Source of the DNA: Neoechinorhynchus agilis
Taxonomy: Eukaryota; Animalia; Acanthocephala
Length of the DNA stretch: 64,000 bases
Direction of reading: 5' to 3'
Assembly: GCA_051530055.1 (NCBI GenBank)
Contig: CM121341.1
Span: 6,550,784-6,614,783, forward strand
The position numbers and the translations under genes were made by a program. Every line of letters begins with the position of its first letter. Within the stretch, counting starts at the first letter, position 1. Shown here in pieces: positions 1 through 11,466 of this stretch. The notes under the pieces were generated by a model. That model worked only from the letters and a program-made list of their open reading frames with translations. It ran no database searches and was not told where the DNA came from.

Positions 1-1
1 C

Positions 2-151
2 GCAAAAGAACAAGAAGCTGGGACAGTTAATGTGCGAACAAGGGACAATCAGCAACTCGGTGAAATGGACGTCGATACCGTTATAAGTCGCATGAGATTA
101 CTCGTGGAATCACGATGCCTTAGTTCGGAGATCCAATTTACCAAACTATAG
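2..151 (+). CDS. TARS1: Threonyl-tRNA synthetase, C-terminal anticodon-binding end (5'-truncated by window edge)
   Basis: Translates AKEQEAGTVNVRTRDNQQLGEMDVDTVISRMRLL...KL*, matching the conserved ThrRS C-terminus (GTVNIRTRDN..HGE); TAG at 149-151. Confidence 0.9.
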   Translation, partial: AKEQEAGTVNVRTRDNQQLGEMDVDTVISRMRLLVESRCLSSEIQFTKL

Positions 152-424
152 AATGAAAAATTCTTACATTTCCTACTTGCATGTCGGCTAAGATCTTTTT
201 CAAAGAATAAGCAGGGGTCCCCTCTTTTTGTTTTAATCATTGTGATTGCTGATTTTTGTACTTGACCTTCCAGTTTTCATTATTTATTATCAAGGCCTCA
301 TACACTCTTGTTAGTTTGTGACATCTTCTTTTTCGGCCTTACGGTCATATTCCTTTGTATCCTTTCGGCTGACTTATCCTAATCCCTCTCCATGCAAGTG
401 TCCCGAGGGTTTTTTATTATTAAA

Positions 425-705
425 GAGTCGACCCTAAACCCCAGGATTCCGGCGTAGGGACGGATTCAGGAAGGAACTTTAACACAACGGAGGCGCTCAG
501 CCGCACTCGATGGGCCAGGACCAACCCACTTTTGGGGCCGATGAGTGATCTCAAAACCTGACCCCACCCCTTCCAGCAGCCTAGCACACCCGTGGAACCC
601 AGCGACCGGTGGCGTTGAACCTTCGACATATCAAGCGCATTATGAACGCGCTTATGCCACACGGGCACTGGGCCCTCGGTTTCATTAATGCCCGCACACT
701 TTAAA
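425..705 (+). ncRNA. Candidate structured non-coding RNA (identity unresolved; telomerase-RNA-like order of motifs)
   Basis: GC-rich island in AT-rich intergenic DNA with no recognisable protein in any frame. Long stem 590-613 with 656-679 closes two hairpins (614-627, 633-653); stem 504-511 with 541-547; ACCCTAAACCC at 431-441. Confidence 0.25.
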
Positions 706-989
706 CCAATAATAATACTTGGTTTTTGTTTTGTAGAAACCGTTTTGACAAAAACATAAAAAACAACCAATATAAAGAGATAATGGAGGGAAAACGGGCT
801 TTTTTGAACGTTGATGATGAACACTGGACGGCGGCGATACGACCATTCGACCTGACACGGCTGACGACGAATAGAAACGACCGATTTGAACACCGTGAAT
901 GGAATTGGGTGAGCGTTGAAGGTCATATCATTTTTGGTAGTGGTAATCTTTTGCGAGCCAGGAAAGCGCATAAAATCACACTTTATACG

Positions 990-1509
990 CTGCTGATCTA
1001 TACGGTTTCGAGTTTTGTACGAATCCCTCCAGATCCTCAGATATATCCCGGGGAGAGACGATTGTCATCAGTGAGTTTCCACTGTTTTTAAGTATTCAAG
1101 TGGCCATAATTAAAAAAGGCTGATTGTTTTGTTTGGGCACACAGCCCACCGATCTGAGCCAGGGACCCTGCTGATCTATACGGTTTCGAGTTTTGTACGA
1201 ATCCCTCCAGATCCTCAGATATATCCCGGGGAGAGATGATTGTCATCAGTGAGTTTCCACTGTTTTTAAGTATTCAAGTGGCCATAATTAAAAAAGGCTG
1301 ATTGTTTTGTTTGGGCACACAGCCCACCGATCTGAGCCAGGGACCCTGCTGATCTATACGGTTTCGAGTTTTGTACGAATCCCTCCAGATCACAGCCCAC
1401 CGATCTGAGCCAGGGACCCTGCTGATCTATACGGTTTCGAGTTTTGTACGAATCCCTCCAGATCTTCAGATATATCCCGGGGAGAGACGATTGTCATCAG
1501 TGAGTTTCA
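990..1509. repeat. Direct tandem duplication, 178-bp unit (2 full units plus rearranged partial units)
   Basis: CTGCTGATCTATACGG recurs at 990, 1168, 1346 and 1419; the unit contains a GTGAGT...ACAG intron-like segment. Confidence 0.9.
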
Positions 1510-1808
1510 TTCAATATTCGCTCCTATTAATTGTTATATACCTCATACGACTTAATTCTTGAGTTTTTAAAATCGTTAATGGAAGTCTAATACCGAAATC
1601 TTAAGTTCTTTCTTTTTAACTTGAACGAGTGCACAATGCCTGGAAAGTAAGAAACTTTAAAAATTGTTTCACAAGGAAATTCGGTATGGGTCTTTTTGAA
1701 AGCGTTAACTCTAATCTTAGGAATGAAGTGGCAAGGTGTTATCGCGGAACTTTAAGAGAATTCTTGAAGGAAACAAGGTATTATTAATCCCAGGTGTACT
1801 TTCCTGAT

Positions 1809-2686
1809 TTACTTATAGTTTGCATTACTTCTTAAAGTGAGAGGGATTAAAGTAGGATTCCGATAACCGTCTTCAATACCTGGCTTGATATTCGGTTTCC
1901 TTTTTGTCCTTAATATCACAAACATGACAATGGCAGCCATAAATATGGTCGTTATCACAATTAGGACGACAACGGTTACCATGTGCCGAATTTCGTGTCC
2001 TGTATCCTTCTCATTAAAGAAATTTCGCAATCGCGCCCACCTTTTGATCCACAATGAATTTCGTCAAATAGCGGTGAAAAACTACAGTAATTTCCGAGAT
2101 AGTAATATTTGAATCGTGCACCAGCAGCCAATTCACAATTGCTCAGATGACATTCGGATCTATTTCCTTCTTTGAACTTATCACCATCTCTCATAATATA
2201 AACATGAACACCTAATCTCGCTTCTTCACGGTTCTGTGATTCATATTCGAAATATGTATGGCCATTGGCTGCAAAACACGAATGATTGGGTGAAGTGGCG
2301 TCAAATATCTTCTACTCAAAATGAAAATGTTTCCATGTTAAACTTAACATTAGTAACTTACAACCAATCTCCTATCATTGTAGATCTCTAAGTTTTCACT
2401 TTGACTGAGACTATTTTCCATACTGTAAACAGTTATGGATTCTGGTGTCTTGGGCTGGCTTTCCGAATCCAATATGTAAATCCTGCATTTCGATCCAACA
2501 AAACTAAAAGATGCCAATAATTTTATCAGAACTCGAGTTAAGGGCACTTATGAGAATAATAAACACGTTTGGTGGCGAAGAGGTTAAATTCACGCTATTA
2601 CACAAAACTATACAGCACTCTGCAATTTGGGCATTTAGAATCATGTAAGCACTGTTTGTTATCAACATTCTGAAAAAATTACCCAT
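1809..2686 (-). CDS. Putative spliced single-pass membrane protein with Cys-rich ectodomain (boundaries approximate)
   Basis: Cys-rich ORF 1976-2194 joins via a plausible 41-nt GT-AG intron to VTVVVLIVITTIFMAAIVMFVIL-RTKRK (TM plus basic stop-transfer); further ORF pieces upstream to about 2686. Confidence 0.35.
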
Positions 2687-3419
2687 CTGATCGAAAAATC
2701 ATTGATCCATCGGTAAATACGTCGTTGTCCAGAGTGCATCGGTTGTATCCCTTGATCGAGTAGTTGTCTAAATGAATCAAATTACTTTTTTTAGTATCTT
2801 CCTTCAATTTCACTTACGATATCCCTCCGGTGGGCAAGTCTCATTTGCTTGATGTATTTGAATATTAGGAGATAAGATATTAAACAGTAGAAGCTTGAAT
2901 ATCAGCTTGGTGAACATTTTGCTTGTACTTTTTTTGAAAGGAAGCAGACACAAAAGTTGCTTCTGGTTCTATATCCGTGGTAACCACAAGTTTACACTCG
3001 AGTTGCCGTTGTTAAGCCCCCCAAGGCGAGTTTCCGCTTTCATTTTTGTCGAGCGAAACCCTGTTTCATTAAAAATTTGAGCTCAATGACGACAGGATTT
3101 AAAATTGAATGCGGATGTCTTCTATGAAGCGTAGAGGAAAGGAGGCAATGCGTTTATTCGGGATAATTTAGTAAAGTGAGTTGCAGAATAAACATAGCGC
3201 TTAATGGGAAAATCCAATAGGCCAATGGAAAATTAAATATCGAGGGCTGAAAACGATGAAAACCAGCGAAAAGAGCAACTTTTAATTTGATAGATCGATG
3301 GATATGTGCAGCAATTTCAATTTTACAATAAGTTCGAATAAATAAAGGATAAAGCACACGAAGAAACGTACTGATACCGTAAAGATTGAAGACAAAAAGC
3401 AAGTTGAAATGTTAACGAG

Positions 3420-5190
3420 GGTACGAACTGGTGGACGAATACGAACAGATGAATACGAACAGGTGGACGAATACGAATGAAAACGAACAGGTGGATCAAT
3501 TCGAACAGGTAGATTTGAACAGGTGGAGTCGAGCAGGTGGATTCGAGCAGGTGGATTAGAACAGGTGGATTTCAACAGGTGGATTTGAGCAGGTGGATTT
3601 GAGCAGGTGGGCTTGAACAGGTGGATTCGAGCAGGTGGATTCGAACAGGTGGAGTCGAGCAGGTGGATTCGAGCAGGTGGATTCGAACAGGTGGATTTTG
3701 AGCAGGTGGGCTTGAACAGGTGGATTTGAACAGGTGAACAGGTGGATTCGAACAGGTAGATTCAAACAGGTGGATTCAAACAGGTGGAATTTAACAGGTG
3801 GATTCAAACAGGTGGAATTTAACAGGTGGATTCAAACAGGTGGATTCAAACAGGTGGAATTTAACAGGTGGATTCGAACAGGTGAATTCGAACAGGTGGA
3901 TTTGAACAGGTGGATTTGAACAGGTGGATTCGAACAGGTGTATTAGAACAGGTGGATTCGAACAGGTGGATTAGAACAGGTGGATTTTAACAGGTGGATT
4001 CGAACAGGTGGATTTTTAACAATTCGAACAGGTGGATTTGAACAGGTGGATTTGAACAGGTGGATTTTAACAGGTGGATTTTAACAGGTGGATTCGAACA
4101 GGTGGATTTGAACAGGTGGATTCGAACAGGTGGATTAGAACAGGTGGATTTGAACAGGTGGATTAGAACAGGTGGATTTTAACAGGTGGATTCGAACAGG
4201 TGGATTTTAACAGGTGGATTTTAACAGGTGGATTAGAACAGGTGGATTTTAACAGGTGGATTAGAACAGGTGGATTTTTAACAGGTGGATTTGAACAGGT
4301 GGATTTTAACAGGTGGATTCGAACAGGTGGATTTTTAACAGGTGGATTCGAACAGGTGGATTAGAACAGGTGGATTTTTAACAGGTGGATTTTAACAGGT
4401 GGATTTTAACAGGTGGATTTTTAACAGGTGGATTTTTAACAATTCGAACAGGTGGATTTGAACAGGTGGATTAGAACAGGTGGATTTTTTAACAGGTGGA
4501 TTCGAACAGGTGTTTTTTAGCAGGTGGATTGTAACAGGTGGATTGTAACAGGTGAATTTGAACAGGTTAATTCGAACAGGTGGATTTTTAACAGGTGGAT
4601 TTTTAACAGGTGGATTTTTAACAGGTGGATTCGAACAGGTGGTTTTTAACAGGTGGATTCGAACAGGTGGTTTTTAACAGGTGGATTCGAACATGTGGAT
4701 TTGAACAGGTGGATTAGAGCAGGTGGATTCGAGCAGGTGGATTAGAACAGGTGGATTTGAACAGGTGGATTAGAACAGGTGGATTTTAACAGGTGGATTC
4801 AAACAGGTTGATTTTAACAGGTGGATTTTGAACATTTGGATTTTAGCAGGTGGATTTGAACAGGTGGATTTTAACAGGTGGATTCGAACAGGTGGATTTT
4901 AACAGGTGGATTCGAACAGGTGGATTTTAACAGGTGGATTAGAACAGGTGGATTAGAACAGGTGGATTTGAACAGGTGGATTTGAACAGGTGGACGAGTA
5001 TGAACAGGTGGATTTGAACAGGTGGATTCGAAAAGGGTGATTTGAACAGGTGGATTTTAACAGGTGGATTCGAGCAGGTGGAGTTTGAACAGGTGGATTT
5101 GAACAAGTGGACGAGTATGAACAGGTGGATTCCAACTGGTACATTCGAACAGGTGGACGGATTGGAGCAGGTGGACGAAGACGAACTGGT
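3420..5190. repeat. 14-bp minisatellite, consensus TT(C/T)GAACAGGTGGA, roughly 120 units
   Basis: Continuous GAACAGGTGGAT repetition with 14-15 nt period; units degenerate at both ends. Confidence 0.97.
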
Positions 5191-5327
5191 GGATTCGATC
5201 GGGTGGATTTTCAAAAGCTCTATTTTGCAACTTTATTGGAATTCATCCTTATTGTGATGGTGATAATCCCGGATAATAGATATTTCATTGATATCTTCGA
5301 TAATTTTATTAACATTCACCGGTTACG

Positions 5328-5480
5328 CACACAACAGCAAAACGTTTCAACAATCACCACCGTCCACGAGTAGGAGGCATCGCTCTCCCCTCAGTGGTCG
5401 CGACCACACTCGCTGCGTTTTTTCTTTGGATTGCGAGACCAATGTTTTGGCGCAGGAAAGCGCCAGCTCTTGAATTTCCT
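5328..5480 (+). pseudogene. Duplicated TM-encoding exon fragment (copy of 9388-9541)
   Basis: Near-identical to 9388-9541; reads VGGIALPSVVATTLAAFFLWIARPMFWRRK; no flanking exons here. Confidence 0.5.
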
Positions 5481-5510
5481 TTCTTGGCTAGGAGTCAACC
5501 CGATAACTCC

Positions 5511-7209
5511 CTCTCGAACATGTCGCGGAGATTTTTTCAATACAATTTTTCTGTTTTTATTTTGAGGTCGATCATACAAAACCCCAAAAGGTAATCTGTC
5601 ATTGGCAATTCAAATTGGTCATAAAAGCTTACAAACAATTTTGATTGATGAAATGACTCATAAAATCAGTCGAAATATTCGACTTTAACGATCTTTCTCG
5701 GGATTTAAATAATCGACCACAAAATAATAACATATTTCACCGCTCGAATGTAATCCTAAACGAAAATCACAATCATTTTTTGCAATAATTCTTTTCTATT
5801 ACTGACCTTAAAACTCCAAATTGCTTAAGAAATATTTTCTTTGGGAAATAAGCGAATTTCAAATAGATGCGTTTTTCTAAAATCACAAAACCTCTTTTGA
5901 ACTGCTCCGGACATTTTGACGCTAAAACATAAAGATTTACTTGCTATACACCTAAAAGAGGTATTAAATATTTAATTTTAGTTTCTGCGCTTGCCTATTT
6001 GTGTATTTGCATTTTTTTTAAAGTTTTACAATTTATTTTAAAATGATTAAATCGTCCCCGTTTTCGATAAGGTGATGAATGTTTTACCGATGGATAAATC
6101 ATTTTACGACAATAAAACAAAGGACGATTTTATATCGTTTCGCGATACGACTAAAAATTAAATACATTCGACTTTAACGATCTTTCTCGGGATATAAATG
6201 ACCGACCACAGAATAATAACATATTTCGTCACTTAAAATTTTGTTCCTTTTATAGTTTAAACAAGTTAAATTACTAATGTACCTTCCTTTTTGTTCAGTC
6301 TCAATCCAATTTCAATAATTAACATCAGTCTTTTAAAATTAGTTTTTTAAAGCAAGAGAAGAAGATGTTACATTCGATGCTTTCAATCGGCGTTCGAGTT
6401 CAATAAGCCTTTTAAGAGTTGGTAATAGCAAGCTGATTGCAGAGTGTGAAATCTATTTCAAAAGTAAACAATTAAAGTACCAAAAATCGTAGATATCTGA
6501 TACCATTTTTTGATTTTTGAAACGTTATCGGAAAACTCAAATGAGTTACGAAGGTTTAGCAATAAGGAGATTCGTTTGTCGTATGATTTAGAAAAGTCTT
6601 AGCACCGTAAAAACCCTTTTCTCGGTCACAAATAGTAATTTATTCAATTGCTGAAAATGATAAAGAGAGCATGGATCAGTCCTGGTAAATAGAAAAGAAA
6701 CGTCAGCAGTACATTGATCCAAACTTGTCCAGTGCATCCATCTTCAGCTAGAAAAACAGCAACCGGCGAAGTATTAGAAGAGCCAACAGCGCAAGAAGAA
6801 GTTTATTTGTATCAATCCATTCCTTGGTTTGATTGCATTGTTAAAAGATTTTCGACAAACGGGTTTAAGTGTAGGTTTTAATATAGATTTTATGTCATAA
6901 ACCGTCTTTGTATTCAAAAAAAACACCTTCAAGATAATCTTTCAAAAAGGCCCCTGTCAACAATGACTCATTTGGATTTAAAAAAGCCAGAAATTGGACA
7001 AAATCCTCGCTAGTGAAACTGTCTTCATGGGTCGACTGAGTATGTGAATCAAAAGCAAGTAAAATTAACTTATAAAGAACTGCATACGATCCGAATTCAG
7101 TGAGAAAATATCTCACATTAATGGTTAAGAATGCGATAGTTTTAAGAATACCTTTTTATCCGCGTGTAGCACATATAAAAATTCGTTTTCAAATCGCATA
7201 ATCAACATA
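5511..7209. repeat. Segmental duplication paired with 21522-22686
   Basis: 5511-5697 matches 21522-21738, 6519-6560 matches 21755-21800, and 6561-7209 matches 22037-22686 nearly base for base. Confidence 0.9.
6644..6838 (-). pseudogene. Pmp3/UPF0057 small membrane protein, frameshifted copy
   Basis: Near-identical to the intact ORF 22117-22311 but has small indels near the 5' end (ATGCAATCAAACCAAGGAATGGATTGA) and at the LLPP motif; these could be sequencing indels. Confidence 0.7.
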
Positions 7210-7613
7210 AAGATATCGGCCAAAGATTGTGATATTGAATCAATATATCGTTTGTTTCCGAATCGTGTCTCAGTCATTAACTTCTCCAAAATATAAGTGA
7301 ATGAGAAACGGAGTTTGTACTTCGTTATTGGCCGCTTCGGTTAGTTTCTCCATTGAACGCTTACTTCAGTACCCACTTCTTTAAATTAACATTGTAAACT
7401 GTTCGATTGAACGTCTCATGAACTCACGTGTCCTTTTTAATCGATTCACTTCTTAACAATTAACCCGGATCGGAATGCTAATGCTCAATGGCAATGATAC
7501 GAGAACAGTTTAAGACGCCTTTCCTAACCTGTTAAATCGTTAGCTTAGTGTTAATCTTTTTATCGCTTGTAAATTAACTAAGATTTCACTTCAGTTTCAA
7601 TTAGCGATGTTTG

Positions 7614-8950
7614 ATTCCGGGGGCACTAGTCGACCTTGCTTTGCCGGCCTTTCTTGGATCGTTTGAGGGGAGCCTACCAGTCTCGAAGAAAATTTTGAGG
7701 GAAAAGTTCTGTCTTGACCGGGATTTCGTGGTGGCGGTTGAGGAATTGTGCCAGCAGACAGGCTTTAACAATGTTCCCATGAATGGCCTCAGACAGTCGA
7801 TCAGGGACGGACTTCTTATCGCGAGAGCTCACAGCTCTCTACTTTCCGGTTCTCGCGATGGGGTTGCCCAAGCTAGACTGTTTGCAGTTTCGACACCAGA
7901 ATCTGGGGCGTGGTTGGAGGCTGTTCCTCTGGCATCAGTGGGAACACTTCTCACTGATGAGGTAAAGAGGATCGCAGTATCCTTAAGACTTGGTCTCCCG
8001 ATATGCACGCCCCATCGCTGTCGATGTGGGTCTTTGGTTGATGCTTTCGGGCGACAAGGACTCGTTTGCCGAAAGTAAGGAGGAAGGTTCTCCCGCCATT
8101 CTGAGATCAACAGCGTAATTTCTCGGGCGTTGAGAACGGCGAACTTTCTGAACATCTCGGAACCCGCCCACCTTTGTCGACTAGACGGCCGTAGGCCCGA
8201 TGGAATTTCGGTCTTCCCGTGGCGGGAGGGCAAATGCCTTCTCTGGGACACCCTCGCAGCCAGCAACATCCCCTACTCCCTCGAAATCGCCGGTGGCGCC
8301 GCCAGTGCAGCGGAAGGGAGGAAAATACGGAAATAGATTCACTTATCGAGGGCTCACTATTTTGTCCCCTTTGGGGTAGAGACGTATGGAGCGCTCGGCA
8401 CTCTGCTCCAGGATCGCTTGAAGAAATTGAGAGAAACGACCGGAGACTCAAGAGCAGGCGTATTCCTTCGGCAAAATATCTCCCTCGCAGTACAACGGGG
8501 CAATGCTGCCAGCGTGATGGCGACAGCCGAGGAAGGAGAGAAGCCCCCGTGGCGGGAGGGCAAATGCCTTCTCTGGGACACCCTCGCAGCCAGCAACATC
8601 CCCTACTCCCTCGAAATCGCCGGTGGTGCCGCCAGTGCAGCAGAAGGGAGGAAAATACGGAAATATCTTCACTTATCGAGGGCTCACTATTTTGTCCCCT
8701 TTGGGGTAGAGACGTATGGAGCGCTCGGCACTCTGCTCCAGGATCTCTCGAAGAAATTGAGAGAAACGACCGGAGACTCAAGAGCAGGTGTATTCCTTCG
8801 ACAAAATATCTCCCTCGCAGTACAACGGGGCAATGCTGCCAGCGTGATGGCGACGGTCGAGGAAGGACAAAAGCTAGAATTTGGCGGGAGGTGGTGAGTG
8901 TGCTTCGAACAGATTGTTTGAATTGTTAAAAATATATATTTTATTTCAAT
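7614..8950 (+). mobile_element. CRE-clade (RLE-type) non-LTR retrotransposon, 5'-truncated, degenerate, with internal 330-bp tandem duplication
   Basis: Motifs DLALPAF, ESGAWL, RIAVSLRLG, CRCG-x-D-x-G-x3-L-x-C zinc knuckle, DGRRPDG-x4-PW-x2-GKCLLWD, HYFVPFGVETYG, FLRQNISLAVQRGNAASV; stops at about 8076 and 8335; 8217-8546 repeated at 8547-8876. Confidence 0.88.
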
Positions 8951-8996
8951 CAATCTTCATCTCTCGACAATTAACACACTCACCACCTCCCGCCTC

Positions 8997-9213
8997 AAAA
9001 AAAAGATTTATCTTGAAAAGAAGCACAGTCGAATAGTTTATCCGGTGGGACTCGCAGGCTGAATTTATAGTCAGCTTCATTGCCAACAAAAGTACCTGTT
9101 TGCTATATAATGATGGCTTCCATAGTAACTCTGTCGCGTCTACGTCACTCTTCGCAAGAACCTCGACGCCATCAAAATTGATTTCATGCCCACTGCCATT
9201 GATGTGAGACACT
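8997..9213 (-). mobile_element. Penelope-like element GIY-YIG endonuclease C-terminal fragment
   Basis: Reads SHINGSGHEINFDGVEVLAK...KPSLYSKQ...LLFKINL, resembling the PLE H-x4-H...IL...KPSLN C-terminal motif; appears to resume at 7613-7597 (AAACATCGCTAATTGA). Confidence 0.55.
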
Positions 9214-9552
9214 ATGGAGCACTCCTATGGATCAATGGAACCTCTAGACCTGTCTCTTTTAAAAGCGCCTTCTGATGTCGCTCGTAAATTTTTCGCTCGG
9301 TAAGGAATCTAGATTTTAGCTTATTTTCCACGTCACCATTCGTGTTCTATATTTCTTTTTTAAATTAGCAAGTATTTCGCTGTCAAACACACAACAGCAA
9401 AACGTTTCAACAATCACCACCGTCCACGAGTAGGAGGCATCGCTCTCCCCTCAGTGGTCGCGACCACACTCGCTGCGTTTTTTTCTTTGGATTGCGAGAC
9501 CAATGTTTTGGCGTAGGAAGGCAGCAGCTCTTGAATTTCCTGTCAAGATTAG
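9214..9552 (+). CDS. Small spliced membrane-protein gene or gene fragment, function unknown
   Basis: ATG 9214 exon ends CG|GTAAGG at 9299 and joins in phase to TTAG|CAAG at 9373, giving MEHSYGSMEPLDL...KFFARKYF...GGIALPSVVATTLAAF; one extra T in a T-run breaks the TM; donor AGG|GTACGA follows. Confidence 0.3.
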
Positions 9553-10034
9553 GGTACGAGTAATCCTCGCCTCATCATTTCGAGATTATCATCCTCACAA
9601 TTATAAAATCAATATATTATTTGTGTTTTCTAAACGTGTCTTATTGATTAACTTCTCACACTGGAGAATCTTGACAATAATTGAATGACACATAAAGGAT
9701 AAATAAGTTCCCACGATTAGCTTTTATCGGCGAATTTCGCCTATAATCAGTACCATTTTAAGTTTTGATTGCAATCGTTTTCTCTGATCGTTGTTAATCG
9801 CACATAATAAATCGTACTAAGTTCTAAGAACTCTAAACGTTTATCTATGAACGAATATTTATTCCTTAAAAATGAAATCTAATTAACTCTCTAGGGCGCC
9901 CTTTAATTGTAGTCTTTTTTTTCCTAAAATCAAATTGATGTGTAGAGAGACAAGAGATAGATGTGGTTGAATGTTCATCGTTAACATTTCGCCTCACTCA
10001 ATATCATGAACAAAACAACAATTTGATTTTGAAT

Positions 10035-10778
10035 TCATGATTTTTGTAAGGCGAAATCCGGAAACAGTTGAAATTGAATGTCTTTTTTCCTCAACTCCTT
10101 CATTGCACAGCAAATGTCGAGTTCGATTGCTTTTATTAGTTCTTGGGTGCTGGCAAAGATTCTCATCGGTCGAATGTAGCCACATACGAGAACTCTCAAT
10201 CGATGGCCATAAAAGTCATTGGAAAATACATGAAGAATGTGAACCTCCTTTTAAAAGAGAAGATAAAATGCGCAAATCCAAAGGCAAATACTCACGAGAG
10301 ATTTTACACGATTTTTAAACTGAGGATTGTATCCAACGCTCATAACCATTGGATAAATATTACCGCGTTCAACGCGAGCGTAACCGTAATAGACTCCGTC
10401 CTCGAAACTATTCGGTAGTCCCTGGACACATTCATCGTCTAAATTGGCTGAACAGAGTTTAAGAATTGTCAAATAATCATTTTTATCTTCTAGGAATAGA
10501 ACGTTCTAAGAGCCTAAAAGTGCCTTAAAATTCGTATATATTATCTTAGCGGAAATAAAAAGGAAAAATGAAGTTTAATAAAATCCGCTTTATGGTGATT
10601 TGCAGTACTGGGTTCGTTGGAACTTCACGTTTAAGTGTGTGATTCATTCACACGCTTAAGTTTGCTTCACATAAACAAAAAGTTCCATACCAGTTGGAAA
10701 TCCAAGTTCTCGACTTCCCCGTTTGAACCCGGGTTCAACAATTCCTGATATGTATAGGGGAAGATGCTGATTTTTCAT
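10035..10778 (-). CDS. RFK: Riboflavin kinase (3 exons: 10778-10691, 10447-10296, 10247-10035)
   Basis: Spliced product has GFKRGSRELGFPTAN, GVYYGYA, MSVGYNPQF, EVHILH.F..DFYG and GYIRP, all RFK hallmarks; GT-AG introns in phase. Confidence 0.95.
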
Positions 10779-11300
10779 CTTAAAGAAACGATATTGTACT
10801 TATGAACAGTTGTGTTGAGCGAATTCGTTATATGACTTCTTAAGAATCACTCGGACTCGGATTTAGTTATAATCCATTCTCAACGCTTTCAGCAGTACGT
10901 AAGGGAGATTCTGGATATTATTTGGTCCGAAAAGGAAATCGGTCATTTGAAAATGTGAGCTTGACATTTGCGCTGCAATTTTTAAAAACTTTATAACAAT
11001 CGCAAAAGCCAAAACGTTAGGATTTTCAGGAGTGTTCGTTGCCTAGAGTAAGCGAAATGTTTTTCCCACAATGTCAAGAATAAGAGAGAAGTCCATTAAT
11101 GTTGCAGAGCAGCGTTTGCAAAAACACTAATAATATTTTCCCCTTTTGTAGAGCAATGATGCTACCTACTCACAAGTGCACCCAGCAATATTTCTTCTAT
11201 TAAAACGTATTTCATCCCTGACCAAAATGTAAAATCAATATTATGGCTAAACTGATAAATATTTGAAAGACTATCAGCTGTTTACTCTGTTGTTTTATGG

Positions 11301-11466
11301 CAAAGAAATTGAAATGATTTTATTTTAAAATCCGATATTTCGGAGGCGTAATCTAGTACGCCTTTTGATCAAGGTTGTTTCGCAAATTTGTTAGTTTTTG
11401 CGAAACAACCTTGATTGTGCCTCCGAAAACAATCGGATTTAAAATAAAATCATTTCAATTTCTTTG
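11301..11466. mobile_element. Foldback/MITE-like palindrome; related partial copies at about 11905-12028 and, more diverged, about 56125-56240
   Basis: Arms CAAAGAAATTGAAATGATTTTATTTTAAAATCCGA / TCGGATTTAAAATAAAATCATTTCAATTTCTTTG plus inner arms ATCAAGGTTGTTTCGCAAA / TTGCGAAACAACCTTGAT. Confidence 0.7.

Noticed and set aside
420-971. 183-aa minus-strand ORF as a protein-coding gene
   Set aside because: It spans compositionally unrelated segments, has no recognisable motif, and its GC-rich part is better explained by RNA structure.
3282-5257. ORFs with repeated STCSNPP / QVDLNRW peptides
   Set aside because: Translations of the 14-bp minisatellite; frames shift arbitrarily with unit length.
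6895-7116. 73-aa ORF also present at 22371-22592
   Set aside because: Conservation is explained by recent segmental duplication; most differences are non-synonymous and the segment is absent upstream of the third Pmp3 copy.
8107-8929. Long alternative-frame and antisense ORFs over the CRE fragment
   Set aside because: Shadow ORFs of GC-rich retrotransposon sequence.
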